Shown: in pieces, positions 1-14,500 of the stretch | Layout of the letters: each line of letters begins with the position of its first letter | Position numbering within the stretch: the first letter of the stretch is position 1 | Assembly: GCF_009914755.1 (NCBI RefSeq) | Contig: NC_060927.1 | Source: the human T2T-CHM13v2.0 reference genome, Homo sapiens | Length of the DNA stretch: 64,000 nucleotides | Direction: 5' to 3' (one strand) | The notes under the pieces: generated by a model | Database searches by the model: none | Told to the model about the DNA's origin: nothing | The model's input: only the letters and a program-made list of their open reading frames with translations | Program-made: the position numbers and the translations under genes

Positions 1-699
1 TGTGGAAGAAAAGTGCCAGCCACTGCTACTCTAACCACTAACCATGGTACAGATGTTTGAAAAATGTGAAACAGAGAAATGAAACAAAAAGGAAACCCTC
101 AAAAATTAAGTTTCGCATAAGTGAAAAATACAGTATTTATGTATCATAACTGCAAAAAGATCAATGGACTTTTTTCTCATGTATTAAACAAAAATAAACA
201 CAAACATTGATTTTTTGACTTAGTGTTTTGTTGAAACCAACAATTACAAGGACCAACTCAAACATGGCTAAAAGTGGGAATAAAAATAAGATTTCTTTTA
301 TCCTGATAAAAGATTTTTTATCACCAAGAACGTTACAGTATGACCTACTTAAGTGAATACTTATTAAAGAAACAGATTCATTTAAAAAACATGTTTTTAG
401 GTAAATAGGAACGGTGCAAGTGTTTCTTTGAAATCTTACAAAAGATAAAAATTAATTGAACTAACTAAGGTTCCTTACCCTATGCAAATAAGAAACGGCT
501 TAGAAAGAAATGTCTTCAAACTGTTGAAATGTATATTCCTTAGTTGGTGTAACCAATGTGAGGTCTCAGTTACTATAATAGCAAATGTTCTATTAGATTT
601 AAGCACATCAGTGCAAATTATTAAAATGAGACTGTCTTTGTTTAAAATAAAGCTTTAAAAAATGTAATGTAATCTCTGAGGGAGTATTGCCTGAAATGA

Positions 700-862
700 A
701 AGTTTTAGGCCGAGCTCTGCCACAATCCTATTGCGCATCTTGGTTCATCTGATTAAACATCTTTGGGTCTCAAAATTCACATACATTCACATTTCTAAAG
801 TGAGTGTGATATAAAGTCATAGCTTGATCATCAAACTCCTTTCTAGCCCTAAAATTCTACGT
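700..862 (+). mobile_element. MIR/MIR3 SINE fragment (degraded)
   Basis: Core-like 'aaacatctttgggtctcaaaattc' and MIR3-type tail 'ttctagccctaaaattcta'. Confidence 0.5.
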
Positions 863-3784
863 ATCTAATGAGATTAATTTATCATGAGGTGTTTTTCTTC
901 TTTCCTTTGTTAATTTCCTTACAATAAATAGACAAATAAATGATCAAATAAGCAAATAAATAAATATTAAAAAGACATACACACACTGATAGCTATCCAT
1001 CTGAATAGGAAGAAAGACTTTTTTTTGTTTGCCATTATCTATCCCCTAATGTGTATTTAAAAAGAGAGCTCCCACAGAAAAGATTTTTATTTTTTTCTAA
1101 ATCAAAAATAGTGTATCATTTATTTGCCATTTAAGTTCTACTAAGAAGGAAAACACAAAATCATTATGGAAATCCTATTAGGAACTTTAGAAAGAAAAAG
1201 CTGATGAAATTCCATTTACAATTCAAATTGTTCATTCACGTATTTCCTTTTGCAGAAACTTTAAATGCTGCCTCAAACTATCTTCACCTCTTTTTCCAGG
1301 GACAATATCCCTAACTCTGTTAAAAAAAAAAAAAGGCTCTCTTCTCACACCCTTCCCACCTGTCCTCTGAGGTAGTTGTTCCACAAAGCTAAGGTATAGA
1401 TTACATCAAGAGATATTTGGGATGGGAGTAAAACATTTCACCCTGGAGACAGTAATGTGTGCAATTTGCCAAGTCTAAAAGAAAGTTAAGCCTCATCACC
1501 ACTTTGGCAAGAAATGTGGTTCTCATGGATGGACAATGATTATCATTTTTACACAGAACTTTTGAAAATGAAAGTACCTGGGGCACCAGCCAGAAAATAA
1601 GTACGAGAATGCAAGTTTTTTGCGTCAATATTTAAATCAGACAAAACACTATCAGTGTACCCTTAACAGACCTGAAGCGTCTAGAAAGAATACAAGGCAG
1701 CTGACACCTTGGTGAATAAGAGCAGCTCAGTTTTATGAAAAGGCCAAAGTCTTAGGGCAAACTCTCTGTTGTTCCAAGTGCTGATATACCTATGGCATCA
1801 ACAAAGGCAAAACACCATAGGGGGCAATAGGCAAGGCTTCTCTTACAGGCAAGGCTCCTGTTAAAGGCTGGGACCCTCTGGACTACACACTCGAGGAACC
1901 CCAAGTGTGGGTCCCTGAGGGGAGGAAGTTTCCTCAAACAGAACGGCGAGAGGCTGAAGTTACACAGTGTAGGAGTACTCCCTGCTGGCAGCTGAGGTTG
2001 GAAATGAACTGGTGATGTCCTAGAGAGGGCTGCTTAAATTTTCTATGAGGAGGCTAATGGAGATAACAGTGCTCTTGAGGGGACAAGAGCATGGGTCTGA
2101 TTAGGTTTAGATAACTCCAGATATTATGCTGAGTGAGGAGGAGGTTAAGGGAAGCTACTGATGACAGGAACTCCAACAATTGACAAAAACTATGTGTAGA
2201 GCTGGTATATACAATTTTCATTTAAGTTTCCCATCTCATATCATTCTATAAAGCATACACAGCCGTATGTGCACATGTGTGTGGGGTTCAGAGGATGCAG
2301 GAAGAAATCTATTTCTGTGCAGTTCATTTTACCCCTGCAAGAACAATCTTTGAAACCGTCTAATGTATTCACATTTATGTTTTACAAGGAATCCCTTCCA
2401 TACTTCTAATGGACCTGCCTGGTATGCCCCCTGTACCACTATACCTAATCCCTAGGCAGGTGGTCTTTGTATGGGCCTGGGGCAACCACACTGGTTTCTC
2501 CCCAGTGCTCTGCTCTGTTAGGGTTCTTCTGCATAATAAAATGAAGGTCAAAATGGCAGCCTGCTAAAAGCAGCAGTATTTCAGTTGCAGGAATAACTTG
2601 CTTGTCATCAACTTGTTAATGCAATAGTCAAACATTTCTCTGACATGTACAGTATCAGCTAACTTCAGCAGATAAAGGGTCTAGAACAGGAAGATGCTGC
2701 AGATGCTTTAGCTCGGAGGAAGGCTTAGCAGAGCCAAAACGTCAGCAGGGCCTGTTTGTTCCATACTTTCCATCGGGCTCTGTGAAAGAAATGTTAGATT
2801 ACTGCAATGACAAGTTTGTGACAAGCAAGTCATTTGTGCAACTGGTGCGCTCCTGTTTTTATCTGTTTACCATTCAGACTTGTGAATGCCATTTCAAGCA
2901 CTTAGAGGATTTCTGGCTCCCATTAAGGGGAAATGGTTCCTCCATGTTTAGAATTTTCTACCTCAAAGAGAATTACTAAGCAATTATTTGTTCCTGTGGT
3001 CAGTGTCACACAAAAGCACTCTTGAGTTGTTTAGCTGGACTCTGAATCATGAAATGAAGTCCTGAAGACTGGATAGCTTGGAGCATCAAAAATTTCCCAT
3101 CTAGTTTATTGGAATGACTACAAAGCAAGCCTGTGAGAGACAATAAAATTATGGCCAGCTTGAAATACCTTGCCCTTTTGCTCTGGGATCATATATCAAG
3201 GCCATATGCTTCAAGCCACATAAACTCACTTGTAACAAGTAGATCCTGAGAAGCTAAGGCCTGGCGATGTCACACTGACATGTGATTTAGCATATGACTG
3301 TTTTGGTGACAAGGACCACTTTAGCTGTTGAGAAGAGAATTTCCACTGACTTCTCTCTATACCTTGTGGGTAACTATAGGGTCAATACTAATCCAGAGAA
3401 CATTTTAACTGTGGTAAAATAAAGTAATATAATATCAAATTAATAACTAGGGCCATCCTCACTAGGCTGACTTTTTAATAGTGAATGGAGACCCTGGCAG
3501 ATTTGAGATCAAGAATTCAAGATCCTCTCATTAGGTCCTTCACCTGAAGTTGCTGAGTTTCTTCAAGTCATTTTAACCTCCTGGGACGAAGGTAGAAAAT
3601 AACAGCACATGTTCCTTTCCATCTGACATAAATGGTCTCAGGGTCAATACTACAAAAGATGAAGAGTGCCTTCAGACTCAAGAACAAGAATGATACTCTC
3701 TAAACATCATTTATTCTTTCTACAATTTTACATTTTTGCCCATTGTTGGTACTGAATTTATACATAACTCTAGGTATAACTCCC

Positions 3785-4090
<306 letters not shown>

Positions 4091-4294
4091 CAATTCTAGG
4101 TATAACTCTTAAAGAACATAACAGAATGAGGCTTTGAAGCAGACACAGATGTACACTATCTGGGGAAGCAAGTCAAAGCCGGAACAGGTGGAATGTCAAG
4201 GACTAGACAAAAGTAATGATGTAAAGTGAAGCAGAGCTTAGAAAGGGCTACTAGAGAATGTTACAGAAAGCGATAATAGTACTCATTGAATAAA

Positions 4295-4516
4295 AATTTT
4301 ATTGTGAATGATCCTGTGCCAGACACTATGTGTATTATACAATTTACATGTGTAATTTAATCATTACAATAATTCTATGGCATATGCATGCTCAATATTT
4401 TTTCAGATGTGAGAACTAAAATGTAGGGAGTTAAGTACTTCACACCATAAATATGTAAGCTGCAGAGATTTGAAACCAGTTTTCCATTGTTCCAAAGCCC
4501 ATGTACTCTTAACCAT
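4295..4516 (-). mobile_element. MIR SINE
   Basis: tgtgccagacact...ttttcagatgtgagaact...gatttgaaaccag...ccaaagcccatgtactcttaaccat matches the reverse MIR consensus. Confidence 0.8.
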
Positions 4517-5600
4517 AGAAGAACGAAAGTCATTTCCACTGCCTCCAGAAGCCTTTTCTCTCTTGCTTACTGGAAAACATTTCAGTCTGGAAATACAGGA
4601 ATTCACTAATTTGATACAAAAGGGCCAGTGAGAAGATTCTAGCTCTATCTGTATTGCCATCCTTGTTAGGCCTCTGAGAAAGCTGAGTTTCATCAAGATG
4701 TCATTCCTTTCTCCAGGCCTGACCTATTCCTACTTTAATGCACTGGGGAAGAGGTAAGTGATTCTAACCTAATCACATATCTCCGTGCTATGAATGGAGG
4801 GTGTTTGGCGGCATCTCCTTGTGTCCATGACAATTCCTTTCTCTCTCTTCATGTGTATAGCCTTTAGTTCATCCTACTCTTTGCTCCCATATTACTTCCA
4901 GGGGGCCTTCTTTTGTCACTTGTCTGCTATTCTGTTTTAGGTGGGGGAAGGGGCGGACAGCTTTCTTACCATGACAAGGATCACTGAAACAGTCTCAACT
5001 TCAAACTTTGCACAGAATGTATCCTTTGTTCGGTCTTCTGCTTTGTTTCTCTTTAATGATAGCTTTGCCATGAGTCCCATTCGTATGTAACTCAGAGCTA
5101 TGCAAATCAAGCTGGTAAGCAAGCATTTGCAGTTACTCAGTCCTAAAATGAATATGTGTCCAACCAGTGGAAACCTGAGTGAGGAATGTCTCCTGAACAT
5201 TATGTGTGGAATGGCTCCTTTCCTTGATGGGTGGCAAATAATAAACTCAGTGAGATCTGCATTATATTCCCTGGTCTCTTTTAGTGTATGCTCAGAGTGG
5301 GTCACAAGAGTGGTTTTAGCTTATGTAAAATTTTTTCTTATAGTATTTCCAATTTTTTTTAACTTCTTGATGTCTCCCAAACACAGAATTCTTAATAGCT
5401 ACTGAAAAATCCCCATGCCTGAAGAATCCTAAGATCCCAGGGCAAAAATATGGTAAAGAACATTAAACAACCCATGGTCTGGGTCTTAATCTGGTGCTCA
5501 CAGTGATCATTCAGTCTCTGCTGCATACCACCAGGGCACGGAACTCTCCACTGTAGGATACTTCTTTCTGTTCTGTTCTTCCTTATGCTGAATCTTAATC

Positions 5601-5962
5601 CATATTAGTCTGTTCTCATGCTGCTATGAAGAAATACCCAAGACTGGGTAATTTATAAAGAAAAGAAGTTTATATGACTCAGTTTCGCATGGCTGGGGAA
5701 GCCTCAGGAAACTTACAATCATAGCAGAAGGCACCTCTTCACCGGGCAACAGGAGAGAGAATGAGTGCTGAGCAAAGGGGGAAAAGCCCCTTATAAAACC
5801 ATCAGATCTCATGAGAACTCACTCACCATCACGAGAAAATCATGGGAGTAACTGCTTCCATGATTCAATTACTTCTCACCAGGTCCCTCCCACGACACAT
5901 GAAGATTATGGGAACTACAATTCAAGATGAGATTTGGGTGAGGACACAGCCAAACCATATCA
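5601..5962 (-). mobile_element. THE1 (THE1C-like) MaLR solo LTR
   Basis: Runs from catattagtctgttctcatgctgct to gacacagccaaaccatatca, ~360 bp. Perfect 5-bp TSD TAATC at 5596-5600 and 5963-5967. Confidence 0.95.
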
Positions 5963-6331
5963 TAATCTATCTTTCTAAAATCCCCCCAGTGCGTCTAGTT
6001 CTTTCTCACCCTAAATTTCAGTTCAGAGCTTCAGAAAATTATTAGTTTAATGACTCATTTAATGACAACCCTTGTGTGTATTACATACCAACAACTGGGT
6101 TTAGATTGTCCTGCCTTGTCCCTTTCTCCTCACCCAACATGATTTAAATTCCCACTCTATCCCTCTGACAAGCCGGGGAGAAATAAAAGCCAGTCACACC
6201 CATTTCTCATTTCCATTTGGATGCAGGTAGTACTGGTGGCAAAGCATTCTTAATCTCTTTGATTTTCTGTCCTATTCTGTGGAAAATCTTTCCTGACAAC
6301 CTCAGGCATCTTTGATTGATATGGCTATTTA

Positions 6332-6457
6332 TAGATTGACCATTTAATTTATTGTCCAAGCAGGGACACTTTTGACAGTGAAAGGGCCTTATAAATAATT
6401 ATACCAAGACTACAGACTTAAACAAGAACTTTCCCAGGCAAACTTACATAACACCTT
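6332..6457 (+). mobile_element. MER81 (hAT-Blackjack) non-autonomous DNA transposon
   Basis: tgaccatttaatttattgtccaagcagggacacttttgacagtgaaaggg...aataattat resembles the MER81 consensus. Confidence 0.75.
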
Positions 6458-6966
6458 GCATATACTTTTACTTCAATACCCATCTTTTTGCATAAAAACT
6501 TTCATGTCTATTTTTCCCACCAACCTGTGAACACTCTTTAGCAACAGAAACATATTTTTACCTATGCAGCTTCAGTTCCTAGAAAAGTGCTTGTAAGTAT
6601 AAAGACCTGGGGGTAAATATGTACTGACGCACATGCATATGCCTATATGCATGTGTATGTGTTTGAATTGATGGTATATTTTTCCATAATTACATTCTGT
6701 GGACCTCTCCCCTTATTTCATAGCAAATACCACCAACACATGTTAACTTCATATTTTTGGAGATGAATCAAAAATATTTCACTTAATGCCATAGGAAGGA
6801 AATGGTCTGAGTATATTGGTAATGGGTTTGCTTTTAATATTGACAGCAACAAACAGAAAGTGAAATGTGATAAATTTTCCACTAAAAGTCTACTGCATAT
6901 TTTTTTAACAAAGCACTGAACAATAAGCTTTAATCGCTTTCTTCACAAGTATTATAAATTGTTTCA

Positions 6967-7358
6967 GGCCGTGTGCGAAGGCTCACGCTTGTAATCCCAG
7001 CATTTTGGGAGGGCGAGGCGGGCGGATCACCTGAGGTCAGGAGTTTGAGACCAAGAACGGCCAACATGGTGAAACCCCGTCTCTACTAAAAATACAAAAA
7101 TTAGCCAGTCATGATGGTGGGCACCTGTTATCCCAGCAGGAGGCTGAGGCAAGTGAATCGCTTGAACCTGGGAGGCGGAGGTTGCAGTGAAGCTGAGATG
7201 GTGCCACTGCACTCCAGCCTGCAGCCTGGGCGAAAGACTGAGACTCCGTCTCAAAAAATAAAAATAAATAAATAAATTTATTTATTAATTTATTTAATAA
7301 AAAATAAAAATAAATAAAAAATAAATAAACAAAAATAAAAATAAATAAATAAATAAAA
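6967..7358 (+). mobile_element. AluS with expanded (AAAT)n-type tail
   Basis: ggccgtgtgcgaaggctcacgcttgtaatcccagc...gagactccgtctcaaaa, then ~105 bp of A/AAAT tail. Confidence 0.96.
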
Positions 7359-10098
7359 ATTTCAGCAGCTGTATCCACAATTTCAAGTTTGTAGTAAATG
7401 AGTTATTATAGGAAATGATGGTAATTTAAGAGTGATCCTTTAATCTCCATTAAAATGTTGGTGGCATTTCTATTGCTTTCACCCTCGTCAAGCACATTTG
7501 GAAGTCCTGGTAACTTTTGGCAGTTTTTTTGCTTCTGAGTAACTGTGGCTTTAAGAAAAAGAAAGGTAAGGAGAAAGTGCCTGGAAAATGTGAACCACTT
7601 AGAGAAGTCATTTCTTCCCTTCTCGCTGACACATGCAGACCATTCCAGAAAGATATGACTCTATACTGGTTAAAGAGCTTCATAGAGGATAATCTCACAA
7701 CTTCCCTTTCAGTGTTTAGCACTCACTATTAATAACCTATCTCATTATCAAACCTTAAGATTTTCTGTTGCAGCATATTTTGTCATTATCAGACCTCAGT
7801 GAAGAAAAGAGAGAAAGCCTTGTTTCCCACTTCTCATCACTTGCTTAACAGCTACTATTAGCGCTCTACCTTAACATTCCTTTTTCCAAGATAAAAAAAG
7901 TCAATGTTTTTGACTCTTCCTTGAGAATTTTTTTCCAAAATGTTAAATTTAAATTTGTTTGGAGGGGTTTGATAATTCTGTCTCTCTAAGATGTTTGTAT
8001 TCAGTATTATCTGAAATCAGAACAAGCATGAATAAGTATGTAATCTATGCTCATAAGAAATCAGAGAAATATCTATATTTGGCATGCTTCTTATACATTC
8101 CACTATTATAGCTATTTTAAAATTTCAGTTTGACATTTCACACTCTTGATAAACTTTCTATAATCTACTTCTAGATGCTATTTTTCCCACAGAGGAAGTC
8201 ATTCTTTATTTTCAGTCCATCAATGACATTTACCAAACCATCACGGATAATGAAAAATATAAGACTTATAAGATTCAAAAGAAACAAAGTTACATGTCTA
8301 TTATTTCAGAGTCTTAAATATGTGGAAAAAAGAAGACAATCCCACACAAAAGAAGAAACATGGATAAGCATGCTCAGGTGTTTGGTGCTAGCTCACCAGC
8401 TATTAGTATAGGTGAACTAATACAGCTATATGGAATTCTCTATACAAGTGATGAAGAAGTAGTGGATGAAATGCCACTTTTGAGGTCTGCTTTCTCTCCT
8501 GAAGAAAACTAACAATAACTTTTATTTAACAACGTTTTGTTTATTCCCAGTTTTACTGAGTGTTCATTTCAGTCCTCCCTCTGAAGTGGTTAGTTATACT
8601 TATCTCTCAAATTGTTGTTATTTGGACACTGTACGTAAAAGCATTGCACTTTGAAAGCATGCATTTCTTGTCCTCAACATCTAAAATAATGATTTGCAAC
8701 CATTTAGAAGTTCTGGTATCCTGTTGTTAATGTGATTTTTGCATCACTCTTCCTTGCCTATTCCTTAAAATATAATTTTAAATGAAAATTAATTTCATTT
8801 TGAGGTTTTGAAATGCCTCTAACAATAATTTAGAATACACTGAATTTGCCAATATTGGAAAACATGTATGTAGTCTAGATTATCAAGCCAGAATCCAGGA
8901 CCGACCTCAGTAGCATGTCACTTCTATATCTCTCAATACTGAGTCTCATCTCCTACTAATCATTTCCTGAGAATTCTGAAGTGCTGGCCACAAAATAAAT
9001 AGGTTAGAATTTTTTATTTTTTGGTCATTTGAGACAGAATTAAAGGCTCTGCTGGTTACGTGGAGTTATATCATAATACTAGCTTTGCCTTAGTTCAGCA
9101 AAACTTACATTGGGCTAAGAAAGAAGATAATATATTATCAAGGCGTTGTGTCCTGGTATCATCAAACGATGGGCAAATCGATTTCATTAGGTCTCTCCTA
9201 GGATATTTCGTGGAATAAAAGTTAGAGTTCTATGTCTATAACTTGCAGGATAGAATTATTAAAAATGGTTGTATTTAAGTGCATTTTCCCAAATAGTGAG
9301 TTTCCTTTTGGCAGAAAAGAGACAATGAAGGTAAATGTGAAAGTATCATCAACCACAAACTAGTAAGCTGAACTCAAGTATAATGGCAATCTTCCTGGGT
9401 GATCAGCCATAGAGCACCATTTGTGCAAGAGTCTGAATTTCTATACTAACTTACTTTTAAATTTCGTTGAATACAAACATAACAATGTTTTTAATAAGTG
9501 GCTTATCTATTAAGTTTATAGAGAACCTTCCACTAAAGAGATTACTTATTCTAATCTATTCTTTTGTCCAATCTTTTCCCCATTTTTGCCCAGTGTTTTG
9601 TTTATATAATATTTTATTCTATAAAAATCTATATTATACATTTTCTACCTGCCTTGTCTATTCTTATACATTCACAATCTATTCTACTCTTAGTATATAA
9701 TTTGAACAGATTCACATACATAAATCAACATTCATTACTTCTGGGCATATAAATGGTTGCTGGGTCCATGACGGCTGTTTAAATAGGTAGCTTCCAGGCC
9801 ACTATGACATAGGGAAAAACTGAAAAGTGTATGTTTTATAATTATTGAGTAAAAGAGGATTTTCATTATGGAGACATGTACAGCTATCTCAAAGGCTTAT
9901 TTTTCCAAAAGGAACAACGACACTGTCCCCTGGGATATGTGAATTGAAAATTCAGTGTCAACCTCTTCTAAAAAAGTAGATATTTTGAGGTATTAAAAAG
10001 CGTTCTTTTATTAGTGATAACACCTCTTACTTGGGGTCGTTTTGAGATGAAAGTTGGCAAGTAGATTTTTCAATAAGGCGGGGTGGGAATCACTATAA

Positions 10099-10524
<426 letters not shown>

Positions 10525-11035
10525 TAACTGGTCATAGATAGTCTGTTTACCTCTAGTGTCTTTTGGAGCAAGGGTGTGGGTCTCTCTGTTGAGTGGTGCC
10601 TATCATTAGGCATCACAGCAACATCAACAAAACTCATCTCCGTAATATAGTAGATTTTACATTGTGTTAAGGTAGACCTTTTAAACAACTCCTTCAAGTT
10701 TTCTGTTGATTTCCTGCCAGACAGTCAGACAGCTACTTCTTTTTTAGTAGGAGTAGTCAAGGCTAAAGTCAATACATGTGCCTTCCTTGCTGAGGTAGAA
10801 TCAGGCATATTCCATCAACACATATGTCCCACTGTTCTCATTTCTCTCACTTTACTATGTGATTAGTAGACAAAGTATATACTAAAGAAAGCTGAGGAAG
10901 TTGCTAGGATTTCTAAAGAAGAAGAATCCAAATCTTGCCTACTTTAGGCAAAAAACATTTTAGTATTAATTGAAAAGAGATGGTTAAATTGCAACCCATA
11001 AATTAAAATGTAGTTCCAAAGTGTGTCTATAGTGA

Positions 11036-11323
<288 letters not shown>

Positions 11324-11396
11324 ATATATTATTAAAATATATTCTGCAGGCTAATTCTATGTTCTTATCTCATTCCTGTTTCTTCCTCTGCTCCAG

Positions 11397-11507
11397 AAAG
11401 GATTAGTGTCTAGCATAAAACAAACAGTATATAATAAAGAACAGATAATGTATAGTCATAAAATTCTGAATCCACAGCAAAAAGAGGGTAAGGTCTTAGT
11501 CTAGCAG
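11397..11507 (+). other. Candidate plus-strand non-coding exon
   Basis: Branch-like ctaat (11351) and a ~40-nt pyrimidine tract ending ctccag. Donor CAG|GTAAGT after 11507 and an alternative AGG|GTAAGG after 11487. Could be a pseudoexon. Confidence 0.3.
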
Positions 11508-14500
11508 GTAAGTCTTATTGACAATAATAAAGGCATGTTTCTAAGCCACCCATGGAAAATACCAAAAATGTTCTCTATTATATCTTGAGGTGAAGTTTTG
11601 GCCGTGTAAAAAATTATGGTTAATGCTGTGTATGTTATGTTTTATTTGCCTTCATTCTGGGACCACAAAAACGGATCTAACTATAGATAGGGGCAGGAGA
11701 GCATTTGTGTTTCTTCATTAGAAGCTGTGCATGTTAGTCTAATGTATAAGAATTAGGAAAACAATACTAAATCTCTTGATGCAGGCCATGTCATAAATCC
11801 ATTTATACTTATATAATATTTTCCTTTTTCTTATTCTTTCAACCTTCATGCTTCTTTTTTCATTTAAAAAACTTTGGGGTCAGCCCTTATATTACCAGAT
11901 GATTTCTAGTAGTTGAAGCCCTTGGGAAATTCATTTGTCCATCCATGCTGCCTAGTTTAGTACAACACTCCAAAGGGAACTTCCTTCTACCAAAGGCAAT
12001 GACTGATTGCACTTAAAAAATAACTTCTATAAATATGACATAATATCTGGAGGCCACATTTATAGCTGGTCAAATGCACTGTTAGCCCTACAAAAGGCTG
12101 GCTCATAATTATGAGGCAATAACATGTAAATTTCCCTTTCTGATGAGAAACTAAAGGTCACATAGGTCCTGAGTTGTATTAAGACTGCATTAATACTGTT
12201 CGTTAGACATTTCTTTTCTCAGTCTCAACAAGTCACCTTAAAATCTATGGTATATAGCAGATCCTGAGCACCTACATGAAAAGCAAGTACTCAAATGTTA
12301 GAGACCTGAATTGAAATCAAGATTGAGATCCATCCAACTTAGGAGTTACTGCTGGTTCAATGAGTCCAGGGAAGAGGCCATTTAATGATTCCTCCAAGGA
12401 CCATTAAGAGTTCCAGGGTATTCCCTTGGATATCTGGAAACCTGGGTTACTTGATCTGAGCATGACTAAAAACTGGGCAAAGTCTTGCATGCTTATCCTA
12501 GGTTGGACACAGATCTCTAAGATAAGACTGGTATTTGGTAAGCTCTCATCTTTCCCATTCCTTCCTTTAGAGTTCATATTCCTGATGTATTCTTGTCACA
12601 AGATACGGTCAAGGTTACACATGGGTTAAGAGCTCACAGCAGTCCAATAACAAACATGTTGCTGTAATACTGGTCTCCCTTGTAGACCTTGAAAGTCCAA
12701 TATGCTATCATCTAGGGCAGTTCATGGGAAAGTTGACATAATAATGCTTCAATTATTCAATTTATAAATGGGACATTTAACTGATAGAGTAGGGAGGACA
12801 ACTGAGAAACGTTTGAAGATGTAAATAGTTTTTGTTTCAGAGAACAACCTTATCTCTCCAACACAGTAATATTTTTTCTTTGTGTAGCCAAATTTCTCTA
12901 ACACGAGGCTCACACAGAAGCTATAGAGACTTCACCTAGAAGGTCTCAATGGCCTTAGAGCCATATATATATTTCTACTATAAAACAGCAACAACAATTT
13001 TGGCCCAAATATCATAACCTAAGCAAAAATACAAACAAAATCAAACAAACGAAAACTACCTAGAATATAATCTTAAAAAGTACTGCCTATATGCCATCAC
13101 CATGTATACTATAAAACCCACCAAACTTAGAATGCACAATGATGTCATTTACTTCAATTTTTATAATACTGCTTTTTGAAGATTCCTATTTTTATACGTA
13201 ATGGGAAACATGACATCATATAAATGAGGCAGGCAAACAGAAAGGTGTAGAAGGCAAATGCAAGATGCCTATATATTGTCTACCAAGTGTTGCCAGTTGT
13301 GAAAGGATTTGACATGCTAATATCCATTCATTCACTAAGAGCATGATGGCTGGCAGGCTCTGCATTTAAGTGCGGTTATCGAGGCCCCCAAATATTGACA
13401 GAGTGCCAGATTCTAAGAAACTATTGATGTACACAGCCGGCCACAGCTCCAGACACCTCTCAGACAGAGTCTTTAAATGTCACAGATAAATGAATTTTCA
13501 TGAAACTGAGAGAGAGGAAGAGCAAGAGGAGAGAAAGAACACAGAATGAGAGGCAGGAAAGAAACAAGAAAGAAGAAAATCACTTCCATAACACTGACAT
13601 GAAAGCATGTGGCATCTCATCTCTAAAGCTCAATCATAACTCCTTACACAGGATGTGAGATCAAGCCTTCTGAATGCATTGCATTACCAAAGCACTCAAA
13701 CACTTTTAATCATTTCATTGCATGGTATTTTAAAAGTTAAGGGAGATACATGTTACAGAATAGCTTCAACAAACTATTTCTGAGCAAAATACAGTTCAAA
13801 TATAAATACTTCCCGACTCAATCCTAAAGCAAATTCAAAAAATATATATATATATAAAGGCCCACAGGCACAGATAAGCATTGGAGCCTTCTAAGCAGTT
13901 CTCCATATGCATAAAAGGTGAAAAGTCAAGGTGTCATGAAATCTATTTTATGCCAAGACACAAATGTGTCCTCTGACATTTTCTTCTCCACAGTCCTACT
14001 GAAAGTAGTGACCCCTAGTGGGTTTATTGCACGATATTAAGGGATGCCTTCTTCCTTCACCTCTCTTTTCCTGCCTTTCCACAGAAAACATCTGCCAGGA
14101 AAATATACGAGTCAGTTACTTGACACATGATAACAAAAGTGAGCCATGGTTATAACTAGAACGACCAAGTATTCCTTAGAAATCATGTGTAACTCAATAT
14201 ATTTTAAACGTAAAGGAAGCTTTTTTACTTTGAAAGTTTTCCATCTGCTGAGGGCAGCTTCTCTTGACCTTGATACACTGTGCCATTGAAAGCAGTCACA
14301 CTTTCAAGGTTAGAATATGGCTTGTTTGTGCATTTACTGTTCTATACTAGAGTTGTACAATCTCCACGTTTTACATAAAGCGATCATGCCAAGGCACACA
14401 AACAAAATTCTTCTTCCAATTCAAAAGCACATGGGTAAGTTTTCTGTTTTGGTTTTTAACCTGCAGCAACATGGTTTCACAAAGCCCTAGCTGCCTTTTT

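Noticed and set aside
4937-5405. Overlapping 122-aa (-) and 101-aa (+) ORFs
   Set aside because: No recognisable domain and lengths within chance expectation.
9103-9135. Minus-strand ttcttag|CCCAAT|gtaagt 6-nt microexon
   Set aside because: Weak exonic donor bases and short tract; expected by chance in 64 kb.
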